A DNA stretch of 64,000 nucleotides. Origin: an uncultured Gammaproteobacteria bacterium. Its GTDB lineage: Bacteria; Patescibacteriota; Patescibacteriia; Magasanikbacterales; GWA2-37-8. Location: assembly GCA_964540825.1 (NCBI GenBank), contig CAZINT010000001.1, forward strand, positions 348,565-412,564. The letters run 5' to 3'. This document shows positions 35,916 to 43,906 of the stretch, piece by piece. Both the position numbers and the translations under genes were made by a program. Every line of letters begins with the position of its first letter. The stretch's first letter is position 1. Below the pieces are notes generated by a model. That model ran no database searches, had not been told where the DNA came from, and saw nothing but the letters and a program-made list of their open reading frames with translations.

Positions 35916-37283
35916 ATGCAGCAACAAAAAATCAAAGTGGTGGAAGCGTACGAATCAAAAACTAACCCACGTGGAAATAATTTTAAAGGCCAAGCATTTA
36001 AAGATTTAGTGGCGAGCATAAAAGAAAAAGGCGTTCTTGTTCCCGTCCTCGCTCGTTTAACTGGATCAATTGGAAAAGAACCTCATATAGAAATTATTGC
36101 TGGTTCTCGTCGTTTCCGAGCGGCTAAAGCGGTAGGGCTTGAAGAGATCCCGGCATACATTGTGGAAATGACTGATGACGAAGCGCGGGAGGCTCAGATT
36201 ATCGAAAATTTGCAGCGTCAGGACGTACATCCGCTTGAGGAAGCTGAGGCCTATAGCCACATGATCAAAACGACAGCAGATATTAAAGCCGTAGCCGCTA
36301 AAGTCGGCAAAAGCGAATCATACATCCACAACCGGATTATGCTTTGTAACTTAGCCGAGGAAGTCAAACAGGCTTATCGGGAAGGTGAAGTCAACGACGG
36401 ACATGCTGTGGAGATAGCACGCCTTTCCCCGGGCGGCGATCAACAAAAAACACTTACCCACATAAAACAGGAAACATCCTTTGGCCGGTCCCTACCAGTT
36501 AGACTGCTTAGTACATGGATTGAAATCACGTTTTTTAATGAGCTCGCTTTTCAACCCTGGCTCAAAGATAAAGAAGCGATGGCGGCTGTGGGGCTCTGCA
36601 AAGAGTGTCCACCCGAAACTAATACTCTATTTGGAGAAGTAAAGGAAGGAGCTTGTAGCACCACCCGTTGCCACAAACGCAAGATGCAAAAATATATTCA
36701 GTGGATGAAAGAGAAAACGCCTGGCTTGATACTGGTGAGTACTGAATACGGCAGCCGTCCCGGGATGATCAGTGAGTACGATTATGAGTTGGTCGCTAAA
36801 GGCACAAAGAATTCAAAACCAGGGCTCATTGTCCATGGCAAGAACCGGGGCAAGCTGATTACCGTCCTAGTAAAAAATCAGCCGGTGAATCAGATGACAC
36901 CTGAAGAAAAGGCGGCACACGAAAAAAAGATGAAACTCGAGCGTGAGGCTGAAAAGAAGAAACAGGAAGCCGAGACCACACGGGAAAATCGTAAAATGGA
37001 AGAAACCCTAAAAAATATTACCTGGCCTTTAAAAGAAAAACACCTTGCCCCCCTGTTTACCATACTGACGGAACATGCGGACGGTCTTGATGATATAGCA
37101 AAACGCCGGAAGCTTGAAGGCAAACGAGATGAGGAAGGCGATTACGAAAATGTCCATGAAACTATTAAAAATTGCTTTGGCGCATCTGACCCGCTGACTA
37201 AAATGCAGATGATCGTGGAAGTGGCGTTAATGCAAATGTGGTCTGGTAACGATCGAAGCCAGATGATGAAAAAGTTTAACTAA
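35916..37283 (+). CDS. ParB/Srx-domain nuclease-like protein
   Basis: ParB N-terminal box 'IEIIAGSRRFRAAKAVGLEEIPAYI', 'ENLQRQDVHPLEEAEA'; long C-terminal extension with Cys cluster and Lys/Glu-rich coil. Confidence 0.65.
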   Translation: MQQQKIKVVEAYESKTNPRGNNFKGQAFKDLVASIKEKGVLVPVLARLTGSIGKEPHIEIIAGSRRFRAAKAVGLEEIPAYIVEMTDDEAREAQIIENLQRQDVHPLEEAEAYSHMIKTTADIKAVAAKVGKSESYIHNRIMLCNLAEEVKQAYREGEVNDGHAVEIARLSPGGDQQKTLTHIKQETSFGRSLPVRLLSTWIEITFFNELAFQPWLKDKEAMAAVGLCKECPPETNTLFGEVKEGACSTTRCHKRKMQKYIQWMKEKTPGLILVSTEYGSRPGMISEYDYELVAKGTKNSKPGLIVHGKNRGKLITVLVKNQPVNQMTPEEKAAHEKKMKLEREAEKKKQEAETTRENRKMEETLKNITWPLKEKHLAPLFTILTEHADGLDDIAKRRKLEGKRDEEGDYENVHETIKNCFGASDPLTKMQMIVEVALMQMWSGNDRSQMMKKFN

Positions 37284-37300
37284 CTTATTTATATTTTCAT

Positions 37301-37732
37301 ATGGAGGCTACACCACAACAAAAAGCGGAGCGCGCTATGGAGATTTGTTCTGAGATCGAAGCGAAAAAACAGGAATTGGCTGATTTGTTTGAGGGGGGGG
37401 GCGTAGAGGAAAATATGATCGTTCCTAAAAAAAGGAAATATACCAAACATGTTAAAACTGAGGGTACAAAATCTGACAGTAAAACGATAAAAACGAATGG
37501 TGTTGTAAAAACGTGTTGTGGTTCTCGAGGATGGAAGCACAAATCCGACTGTTCGAATAAGCTGCCACCAGCTTTACGCGCTACCCAGGAAGCAATGACC
37601 GGGGGTGCGGAGGGTGATGGTAAGGAGCAAGAACTCCGTTGTGGTCAGTGTGAAGATCGATTTACCGGTGTGCTCCTGGACGCTGTTTGTCCGAGCTGCA
37701 ACTCAACGGATGTTTATAAAATGTATCTCTAG
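37301..37732 (+). CDS. hypothetical protein with C-terminal zinc ribbon; contains G9 homopolymer
   Basis: 'RCGQCED..CPSCNS'; G-run at 37393-37401 inside CDS. Confidence 0.4.
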   Translation: MEATPQQKAERAMEICSEIEAKKQELADLFEGGGVEENMIVPKKRKYTKHVKTEGTKSDSKTIKTNGVVKTCCGSRGWKHKSDCSNKLPPALRATQEAMTGGAEGDGKEQELRCGQCEDRFTGVLLDAVCPSCNSTDVYKMYL

Positions 37733-37735
37733 TAT

Positions 37736-37955
37736 GCAATGGCAAAGATTGATGCACTACAAATGCCCGAAGTGCGGCCTCGATCTTTATAAAGATGATC
37801 CGGGTGTTAACTGTTCCAGCATTAACACCCCTACACCATGCGGTTTCTTTATCAAGAAAGAACGGCTAGAAAAGATTAGGCAAGATATGGCGAAGCCAAA
37901 GTCAAGGTGTGGTGGAGTTTTCTTTAATTCAGGGCAGGGTCCCATTAAACAATAG
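37736..37955 (+). CDS. small zinc-ribbon protein
   Basis: 'YKCPKCGLDLY..CSSINTPTPCG'. Confidence 0.3.
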
Positions 37956-37958
37956 AGT

Positions 37959-38363
37959 ATGCAGTTGGAACATCAATTCTGTTCTCCCGAATTGTCAAAA
38001 CGATTAAAGGAATTGGGGGTGTCCCAAAGCAGTTTATTTTGGTGGGCAGAGAATCATGACGAGGAAATAGTATTGCTAGTTTATGAAACAGATGTTGGCT
38101 TTATTCTTCCCAGCGGCGGCGGTTTTGATCCTAGACTGCTTAATAATTGCCGGATGTTTTCAGCCTTCACCGTTGCTGAGCTGGGCTCAATTCTTTGGCA
38201 CAAAGCTTCACCAGAAAATATTCTAAAAGCATATGGAGTAGTGTTCAATGTTTCAGGTACGACGGTAATCACTGCCGAGGGTTTATCTCAATGCATGGAA
38301 AACCCTGAACTCGGTGCAAAAATGTTGATTTATTTGTTGGAAAATAAGCTGATAAATCTATGA
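37959..38363 (+). CDS. hypothetical phage protein
   Basis: 134-aa ORF. Confidence 0.4.
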   Translation: MQLEHQFCSPELSKRLKELGVSQSSLFWWAENHDEEIVLLVYETDVGFILPSGGGFDPRLLNNCRMFSAFTVAELGSILWHKASPENILKAYGVVFNVSGTTVITAEGLSQCMENPELGAKMLIYLLENKLINL

Positions 38364-39130
38364 CTACTAAAAAATGTACCTGTTGGACAACCTCCTGTTC
38401 AGTTGCTCATTGGAAGACTTGCCCCCTCTACACCCCACCAGCACAGGAAGAGAAAAGAAAGGAGTGTGAAGTAGAGTGGAAAGAATATTGTGGGCATGAA
38501 ATTTGTTCTGGACATACTGTTGTTTGTGGTGAACCGTTGCCGTGTAAAAAACATCCTATGCCGCCCCAAGAAAAAGAACTTGAGTCTAAGGACTACCAGC
38601 CAGTTCCAGTGTCAACGGCTCGGACGATAAGCGAGGTCTTTAAAAAAGACATGGTTGTAATTGTGTCGTGGGATTTTGCTCACAACAAACTACATACTAC
38701 GACCTTTGGCAAGACTGAAAAAGATAAACATATTGCAGCCAAAATAGGCGATGCGATGCCGAATAAAATTTTACAGCTCGGCACTCAGCCAGAAAACCCA
38801 GTTGAAGATTTTAGACGAGATGAACTAGAGGTCGCCTGCCAAGAAGCCGCTGCCAAGGCGAGGGAGGAAGTTTGTATTTGCGCTGCTATCAAATTTGAAA
38901 AGTCAAACGGCGACATAGTAATTATTCGGGGCCATCGCCATGCCGACTGTTTCCTGAACATCAGCCGCCGTGAAGAAAAATTTAAAGAGTTAAAGCAAGG
39001 ATTTATTACCTCAAACAATCGTTTCGTTGATCGAGAAGAGGGTTTTAAACTAATGCTCGCCGTTGGATGGAAGTCGGCAAGCCCTGATGGTTATCACGGA
39101 AATCAACTTTATAGCGAGGATTTATATTAA
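38360..39130 (+). CDS. hypothetical phage protein with Cys-rich N-terminus
   Basis: Multiple Cys/His in first 70 aa; 256 aa. Confidence 0.4.
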   Translation: MTTKKCTCWTTSCSVAHWKTCPLYTPPAQEEKRKECEVEWKEYCGHEICSGHTVVCGEPLPCKKHPMPPQEKELESKDYQPVPVSTARTISEVFKKDMVVIVSWDFAHNKLHTTTFGKTEKDKHIAAKIGDAMPNKILQLGTQPENPVEDFRRDELEVACQEAAAKAREEVCICAAIKFEKSNGDIVIIRGHRHADCFLNISRREEKFKELKQGFITSNNRFVDREEGFKLMLAVGWKSASPDGYHGNQLYSEDLY

Positions 39131-39156
39131 TTTTCAATCACTCAAGCAATAGGAGT

Positions 39157-39924
39157 ATGCGATTTCACTCTCAAAACTTAAATGAATTGCCGGGAGATAA
39201 GTACGGTCCGATGTGGCGTGAAGGAAGGTGCTGGTTTTACTTCACAGATCGTACAAAGCTCAATGTCGAGTGGAGCATTTTAAAAGGCTGGCGAACTGCG
39301 GCGGGTATTGATCTCGGTGAACACGACCACGCATTTATGCTTCACTTGTCCATTGTCAAACTGTTTTCTTTATACATTAGCTTCGATAATCCGTGGCTCA
39401 ATCGAATAGTAGAAAAATTCACTACAAGAAAAAATCAAGGTTATGGAAATGGTCGATCAATCGGAATTTCATTATGGCCGGAAGGAAGTATTCATGTAGA
39501 GCTGTGGAGTGATCCAACGGCATATAAATCTTCGGACCCTAAGTGGTGGAAGTTCACTATAGATTTTCCTAAGCTGCTGTTTGGTCGGCAGAATTGCACC
39601 ACAGAAACACTTGAGGAACGCGATGTGCTTGTGCCCATGCCAGAAAAAGCCTACCCAGCAAAAGCGAAGCTAGTCCTGTACACCTGGAAGCGTCCGCGCT
39701 GGTTCCCAAAATCGTTTACCCGGGTTGAAATAGATGTGCCCGGAGGAATACCAAAAGAAGGTAAAGGCGAAAATAGCTGGGACTGTGGCCGCGATGCAAC
39801 CTATGGAATAACGACCGGTTCTTGTAAGACCATTGCCGAGGGTGTAGGAGTTTTGGTCGGTAGCGTTCTACATGATCGCGTACGTCATGGTGGTTGGGAC
39901 GACTGGAACTGGCAAAAATCTTAA
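39157..39924 (+). CDS. hypothetical phage protein
   Basis: 255-aa ORF. Confidence 0.4.
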   Translation: MRFHSQNLNELPGDKYGPMWREGRCWFYFTDRTKLNVEWSILKGWRTAAGIDLGEHDHAFMLHLSIVKLFSLYISFDNPWLNRIVEKFTTRKNQGYGNGRSIGISLWPEGSIHVELWSDPTAYKSSDPKWWKFTIDFPKLLFGRQNCTTETLEERDVLVPMPEKAYPAKAKLVLYTWKRPRWFPKSFTRVEIDVPGGIPKEGKGENSWDCGRDATYGITTGSCKTIAEGVGVLVGSVLHDRVRHGGWDDWNWQKS

Positions 39925-39934
39925 TTTATTTTGT

Positions 39935-40306
39935 ATGTCTAGAACTAAAGATAGAAACACTCAAGAAGAACAAGAAAGGATTCTGGTACTCGCTGAAAGA
40001 GTGAAACTGATGTTTGGGTTTTGTGTTGATTTGATACCCGACCTTGATCTCTTAAAGCGGACTGTTGACGGAACTGCTGATCGATACTCTATGGCATTGT
40101 CGGCTGCACCAATCCTTGGAGCTTTTGGACAGGATTATGAGGAGATCGCTTTTAAAAATCAGCTTGAACATGAACGAGCCAAAGCCCTTTGCAATCTTAT
40201 AGAAACGCTAGACAGAACAGAAAAAGAAAGGCAAGAGTTTGTAAAAAATCAGGGAGTAAAAGCAAGAGGGCGAGCTGATATTGTTCGAATGTTAGGGCTA
40301 GGTTAA
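39935..40306 (+). CDS. hypothetical phage protein
   Basis: Start moved to ATG 39935 to avoid overlap. Confidence 0.35.
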   Translation: MSRTKDRNTQEEQERILVLAERVKLMFGFCVDLIPDLDLLKRTVDGTADRYSMALSAAPILGAFGQDYEEIAFKNQLEHERAKALCNLIETLDRTEKERQEFVKNQGVKARGRADIVRMLGLG

Positions 40307-40311
40307 AAAAT

Positions 40312-40382
40312 GATGGCGTGGTTTGGCAAAGGTAAGCACGCCCCCTCAAGGGGAGGTCCGGGCTCGAAACCCGGCGCCATCG
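40312..40382 (+). tRNA. tRNA-like element with anticodon-loop CCTCAAG (anticodon UCA, would read UGA); possible phage opal-suppressor or tRNA-derived structure
   Basis: Perfect 7-bp acceptor GATGGCG/CGCCATC, D-stem GTTT/AAGC, anticodon stem 4/5 bp, perfect T-arm CCGGG-CTCGAAA-CCCGG; but 2-nt variable region and C33 are atypical. Confidence 0.3.
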
Positions 40383-40402
40383 ACTTCTCTCAAGGAGCAG
40401 CA

Positions 40403-40669
40403 ATGAGACGAAGAAGACGCAAGTACTACGACGAGCATCACCTGTTTCCTAAGAGCCGTTTTCCACAACATCGGTCTGCTACCTGGAATAGACGGCCCAT
40501 GCGACGAAGCAGGCATACCGCCTGGCACCAGCTGGTTGATAATAAATCCCCGTTGGAAGCCCTGCTCGATTTGTTCTACGAGTTTACCCCGCACGATATT
40601 GATAAACTGCGGGATGATCCGGCGCTTGACGCGTTTCGTGCTCTCCTTGATCGACTGCCGTCGAAGTAA
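40403..40669 (+). CDS. HNH endonuclease (small, phage packaging-associated type)
   Basis: 'YDEHHLFPKSRF' HNH core then 'WNRRP..HTAWH'; position upstream of terminase genes. Confidence 0.45.
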   Translation: MRRRRRKYYDEHHLFPKSRFPQHRSATWNRRPMRRSRHTAWHQLVDNKSPLEALLDLFYEFTPHDIDKLRDDPALDAFRALLDRLPSK

Positions 40670-40719
40670 AAGAGTTTGTCCGTTCTCAGAGGGGGAAAAA
40701 CGGACACTATCTCTTTATT

Positions 40720-40905
40720 ATGAAAGTTGATCGACACTTTAAAATTAGCCGGGGCCAGCGATGGAAAGATAAAAAGACAGGGTTGCTGATAGAGATAGCG
40801 GCTGTTTCTAGCGAGCATGTGCGTACGCGCAATTGTTACGGTTCACCAAAATCACACACAATTGCAAAACGGGTTTTATTTAAATTTTGGGAATTAGTCA
40901 GTTAA
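40720..40905 (+). CDS. hypothetical small protein
   Basis: 61-aa ORF. Confidence 0.25.
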   Translation: MKVDRHFKISRGQRWKDKKTGLLIEIAAVSSEHVRTRNCYGSPKSHTIAKRVLFKFWELVS

Positions 40906-40909
40906 CAAT

Positions 40910-41170
40910 ATGCCGGAAGAAGAAAAACCAACATTTCCTCAGTTAGTATGCGAAAACTGCGGCTTTGTTAATCAGCTTGATTTTAACCCAAAAGTCCAAA
41001 AGGAAAAGCTGAGCAACACCATGTGCCAAAGCTGCGAGCAGCACGCCTATTGGTCCTATTACTGGCGCGAGAACCAATTGATCAGCACGCACCACTGGGT
41101 TTGTTGGGTGGCAATTATGGAAGCTATCCGGAAACGCTCAATGCGTCTTCGGGATGTATTACATAAATAA
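40910..41170 (+). CDS. small zinc-ribbon protein
   Basis: 'CENCGFVN..CQSCEQ'. Confidence 0.3.
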   Translation: MPEEEKPTFPQLVCENCGFVNQLDFNPKVQKEKLSNTMCQSCEQHAYWSYYWRENQLISTHHWVCWVAIMEAIRKRSMRLRDVLHK

Positions 41171-41176
41171 GTAGGT

Positions 41177-41371
41177 ATGCTAACCAAGGAGCAGGAAAAA
41201 AAACTTATCATCATTCGTAAGCGCTTTGTTAAAAAGTACGGCGCGAGCAAGTGGCAAAAATTTCAGCGCTATACCACGGTGCTCAAAGTGAGCAGTCGTG
41301 ATATGGCTCGGTTTATGGAATGCTCCCGAACAACGGCCCGTTATTGGATGGAAGAAGTGAAAAAACTCTAG
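41177..41371 (+). CDS. hypothetical small protein (possible HTH)
   Basis: 64-aa basic ORF. Confidence 0.3.
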   Translation: MLTKEQEKKLIIIRKRFVKKYGASKWQKFQRYTTVLKVSSRDMARFMECSRTTARYWMEEVKKL

Positions 41372-41421
41372 CCCACCCATACCCTGTAAATTTTGCTAAC
41401 ATAAAGGTTTTATAGACTATC

Positions 41422-41447
41422 CACAGCCAAAAATTCGGCTGTGTTTT
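41422..41447 (+). terminator. Rho-independent terminator at early/late junction
   Basis: CACAGCC-N8-GGCTGTG followed by TTTT. Confidence 0.45.
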
Positions 41448-41691
41448 CATTTCATCTACAATTAAGCTACTTACTTTGCCCTTATTCTTTTTTTATGCAA
41501 AAGCTATGTAAAAAAGGTGGGAATAAATGACGCTTTTTTATGAGCGCCTTTTTTATTTGTTATGAATTTTGCTAACGAAATGCGCTGGGCCGCTCGGCAG
41601 CCGTTTGAGATCCGCCTACCGTGGAAAGATCGAATGGCTTCCTGGATCGTCAAAAAAGTGTTTCATGCGATTTTATACTTGATAAAACTCT

Positions 41692-41898
41692 ATGAAAATT
41701 CTTGAGACATTGCACGAGATGATCAAAGCAAATCCTAAGATTCAGATACTCCGTGTTAACGAAGCACAAGCGCGAGAGTACCATCAGTATCTTGTCGAGT
41801 ACCACCTCAATACTCCGCCAGCCTTTGAGGAGATGAGCAGTAAAATGCAATATTTAGGACGTAAAATTGAAGTCTATGATGATACCAGCAACGGATAA
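41692..41898 (+). CDS. hypothetical small protein
   Basis: 68-aa ORF. Confidence 0.3.
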   Translation: MKILETLHEMIKANPKIQILRVNEAQAREYHQYLVEYHLNTPPAFEEMSSKMQYLGRKIEVYDDTSNG

Positions 41899-42145
41899 AA
41901 TTATCGTAAGAACAGAAAAAAAGGAAGAAACAACTGTTTCCGGAATAGTTTTGCCGGATTCGGTTGATCGCCAGATTCCAGGTAAGGGGAAGGTGGAGGC
42001 GGTAGCTGAAAATTTAAAGTATGTACCGGTTGGCAGCATCATTCATTTTGATCACTGGAAAGCGCACGAACTTGAGGAGAATCTTTTAGTCATCGATGTT
42101 AAAGATGTTCTAGTGTATGAGTCAGCAACCAGTCAAAAAGACTAG
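41867..42145 (+). CDS. groES: GroES-like co-chaperonin (cpn10), phage-encoded
   Basis: 'DKIIVRTEKKEETTVSGIVLPDS..KGKVEAV..VGSIIHF' aligns with GroES mobile-loop and roof regions; alternative start 41879. Confidence 0.6.
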   Translation: MKSMMIPATDKIIVRTEKKEETTVSGIVLPDSVDRQIPGKGKVEAVAENLKYVPVGSIIHFDHWKAHELEENLLVIDVKDVLVYESATSQKD

Positions 42146-42401
42146 TCCGGGCGAACGAATGTGGCCTTACCGCCAAGCGACTGTTCGCGGTTGGAATGGG
42201 AATAATCTGAAAGTCGTTTTTAATAAAGACCAGAAGTGTTTTGATGGCGATGTGATCATGCTTGAGATTGAAGGAGTCCAGGCGTACGTAAGCCGGGATG
42301 ATCTCGGCGAGGTACTGATCAACGGCTACGCCGAAACTAAAGCATATCGAGATGAGCTTGAGCGTGAAGGGAGAGATCTCAAGAAACAAGGAGTTTTGTA
42401 A
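42117..42401 (+). CDS. hypothetical phage protein
   Basis: 94-aa ORF. Confidence 0.35.
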   Translation: MSQQPVKKTSPGERMWPYRQATVRGWNGNNLKVVFNKDQKCFDGDVIMLEIEGVQAYVSRDDLGEVLINGYAETKAYRDELEREGRDLKKQGVL

Positions 42402-42416
42402 AACTAATAGGAGGTT

Positions 42417-42911
42417 ATGGAAAAAGTTTTGACGCCGGAGCAATGCTACGTTCCGCCCCATTCAACAATTTGCCGGAAAGTCGTCCAAAAAGATATTAAG
42501 CGAGTGATCAAGGACGGCCAGCTGATGTTTGAGCTCTGCACGGCACCAGTTGGGAACTACCGGAGAGCCTACGCCATCGCTCATTCACAAATTACCGATA
42601 AAGATCCGCTGCGCTTCTTCGTTACTAGCAGCCAGGCCGTTATCATAAACCCGGCCATTGTACGGAAGACCGAAGCTCTAAAACATGAGCTCGAAGGGTG
42701 CATGACTTTTCCGTTGGCCAAGCCTGTCCTGAAGGGTAGATCGTACCGCTGCGAGGTTGAGTACCAGACGATTGATCCGGACGGCAAACTGACCGAGGTC
42801 CGGGTCTGGCACCTGAAGGGAATTGAAGCGCGGATGATACAGCATGAGATTGATCACCTTAACGGAATTTATCTTTATCCCTTTGATGTATGGCAGAAGT
42901 TATCGACCTAG
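42417..42911 (+). CDS. def: peptide deformylase, phage-encoded
   Basis: Motif II 'EGCMTFP', motif III 'QHEIDHLNG', motif I-like 'YAIAHSQI'. Confidence 0.65.
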   Translation: MEKVLTPEQCYVPPHSTICRKVVQKDIKRVIKDGQLMFELCTAPVGNYRRAYAIAHSQITDKDPLRFFVTSSQAVIINPAIVRKTEALKHELEGCMTFPLAKPVLKGRSYRCEVEYQTIDPDGKLTEVRVWHLKGIEARMIQHEIDHLNGIYLYPFDVWQKLST

Positions 42912-43129
42912 CTAAAAGCGCCGAACAACGGAAGCTTCAGCAAACCGGTGAGCTTTATTCAAAGCTAGCCAACGATTTATTCACCAAACTAGCAGCGGAA
43001 GGATTAAACACTCATCAGATCACTCAGTTCCTCGCTATTACCGCCCAGGTATGGGGAAGCAAAACGAACGACTTCCTTTCTGAAGTAGATCCCCAGCTAA
43101 TTATATGCCCCAGTTCGAATACCGAATAG
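42890..43129 (+). CDS. hypothetical phage protein
   Basis: 79-aa ORF. Confidence 0.3.
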   Translation: MAEVIDLAKSAEQRKLQQTGELYSKLANDLFTKLAAEGLNTHQITQFLAITAQVWGSKTNDFLSEVDPQLIICPSSNTE

Positions 43130-43341
43130 AAATAATCGCTAAATCAGAGTTCTTGCCGAAACTGAATGAGCTGGGACAACAGGGATGGGAAATGTGTTTC
43201 GCGGTTCCCCTTGAGATAAATGTACTGGGAAATTTCACTACAACAAGGGAATGGCGATTCGAGTGCGTGCTGAAACGAGAGATCCCGAGGTTCGTGCTGC
43301 AATTCATCAATAAGCCGGACCCCTATGGCTCATCAGAATAA
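43105..43341 (+). CDS. DUF4177-like small protein
   Basis: 'FEYRIEII..LNELGQQGWEM' pattern. Confidence 0.4.
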   Translation: MPQFEYRIEIIAKSEFLPKLNELGQQGWEMCFAVPLEINVLGNFTTTREWRFECVLKREIPRFVLQFINKPDPYGSSE

Positions 43342-43906
43342 AACCAAGTTTAAAACTAAAAAGAAGCCGGTCGCTAAGAAGAAGACACTAGAGCTTGTAG
43401 TAATGCCTAACTGGCAGCCAGCACCTAAACATGCAGGAGGGCGACCTACTAAGTATCTACCGGAATATTGTGAGAGGATAATCAAATACTTTGATGTTCC
43501 GCCCTATGAGAGATTCGTTACCATGTTCGGTCCAAAGAACGTTGCAAATCCTTTACCAACACTCGCTGGATTCGCTGCCAGGATAGGAGTTGATGAAGAT
43601 ACGCTCGGTAATTGGTGTAAGGAATACCCGGAGTTTCTCGGTGCGGTAAGCAAGGCCAAGGCAATTCAGAAGCATATCCTAGTAACTAATGGCTTAATGG
43701 GCGGCTATAACAGCCGTTTTGCAACACTGGTGGCTACAAACTTTACTGATATGAAGATGCCAAGCAATGACGTGCCGCAGCTTCCGACCGCAGTGATCAA
43801 CGTTATTGAATTGCCAAAGCGCTATGCCCCAGCTATCGACGGACAACCCATCCTTAAACCAAAAGCAGGAGAGTACATTGACGCCGACGAAGTGGACTCC
43901 GCATGA
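43325..43906 (+). CDS. terminase small subunit
   Basis: 'GGRPTKYLPEYCERI..GFAARIGVDEDTLGNWCKEYPEFLGA' TerS HTH signature. Confidence 0.6.
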   Translation: MAHQNKTKFKTKKKPVAKKKTLELVVMPNWQPAPKHAGGRPTKYLPEYCERIIKYFDVPPYERFVTMFGPKNVANPLPTLAGFAARIGVDEDTLGNWCKEYPEFLGAVSKAKAIQKHILVTNGLMGGYNSRFATLVATNFTDMKMPSNDVPQLPTAVINVIELPKRYAPAIDGQPILKPKAGEYIDADEVDSA

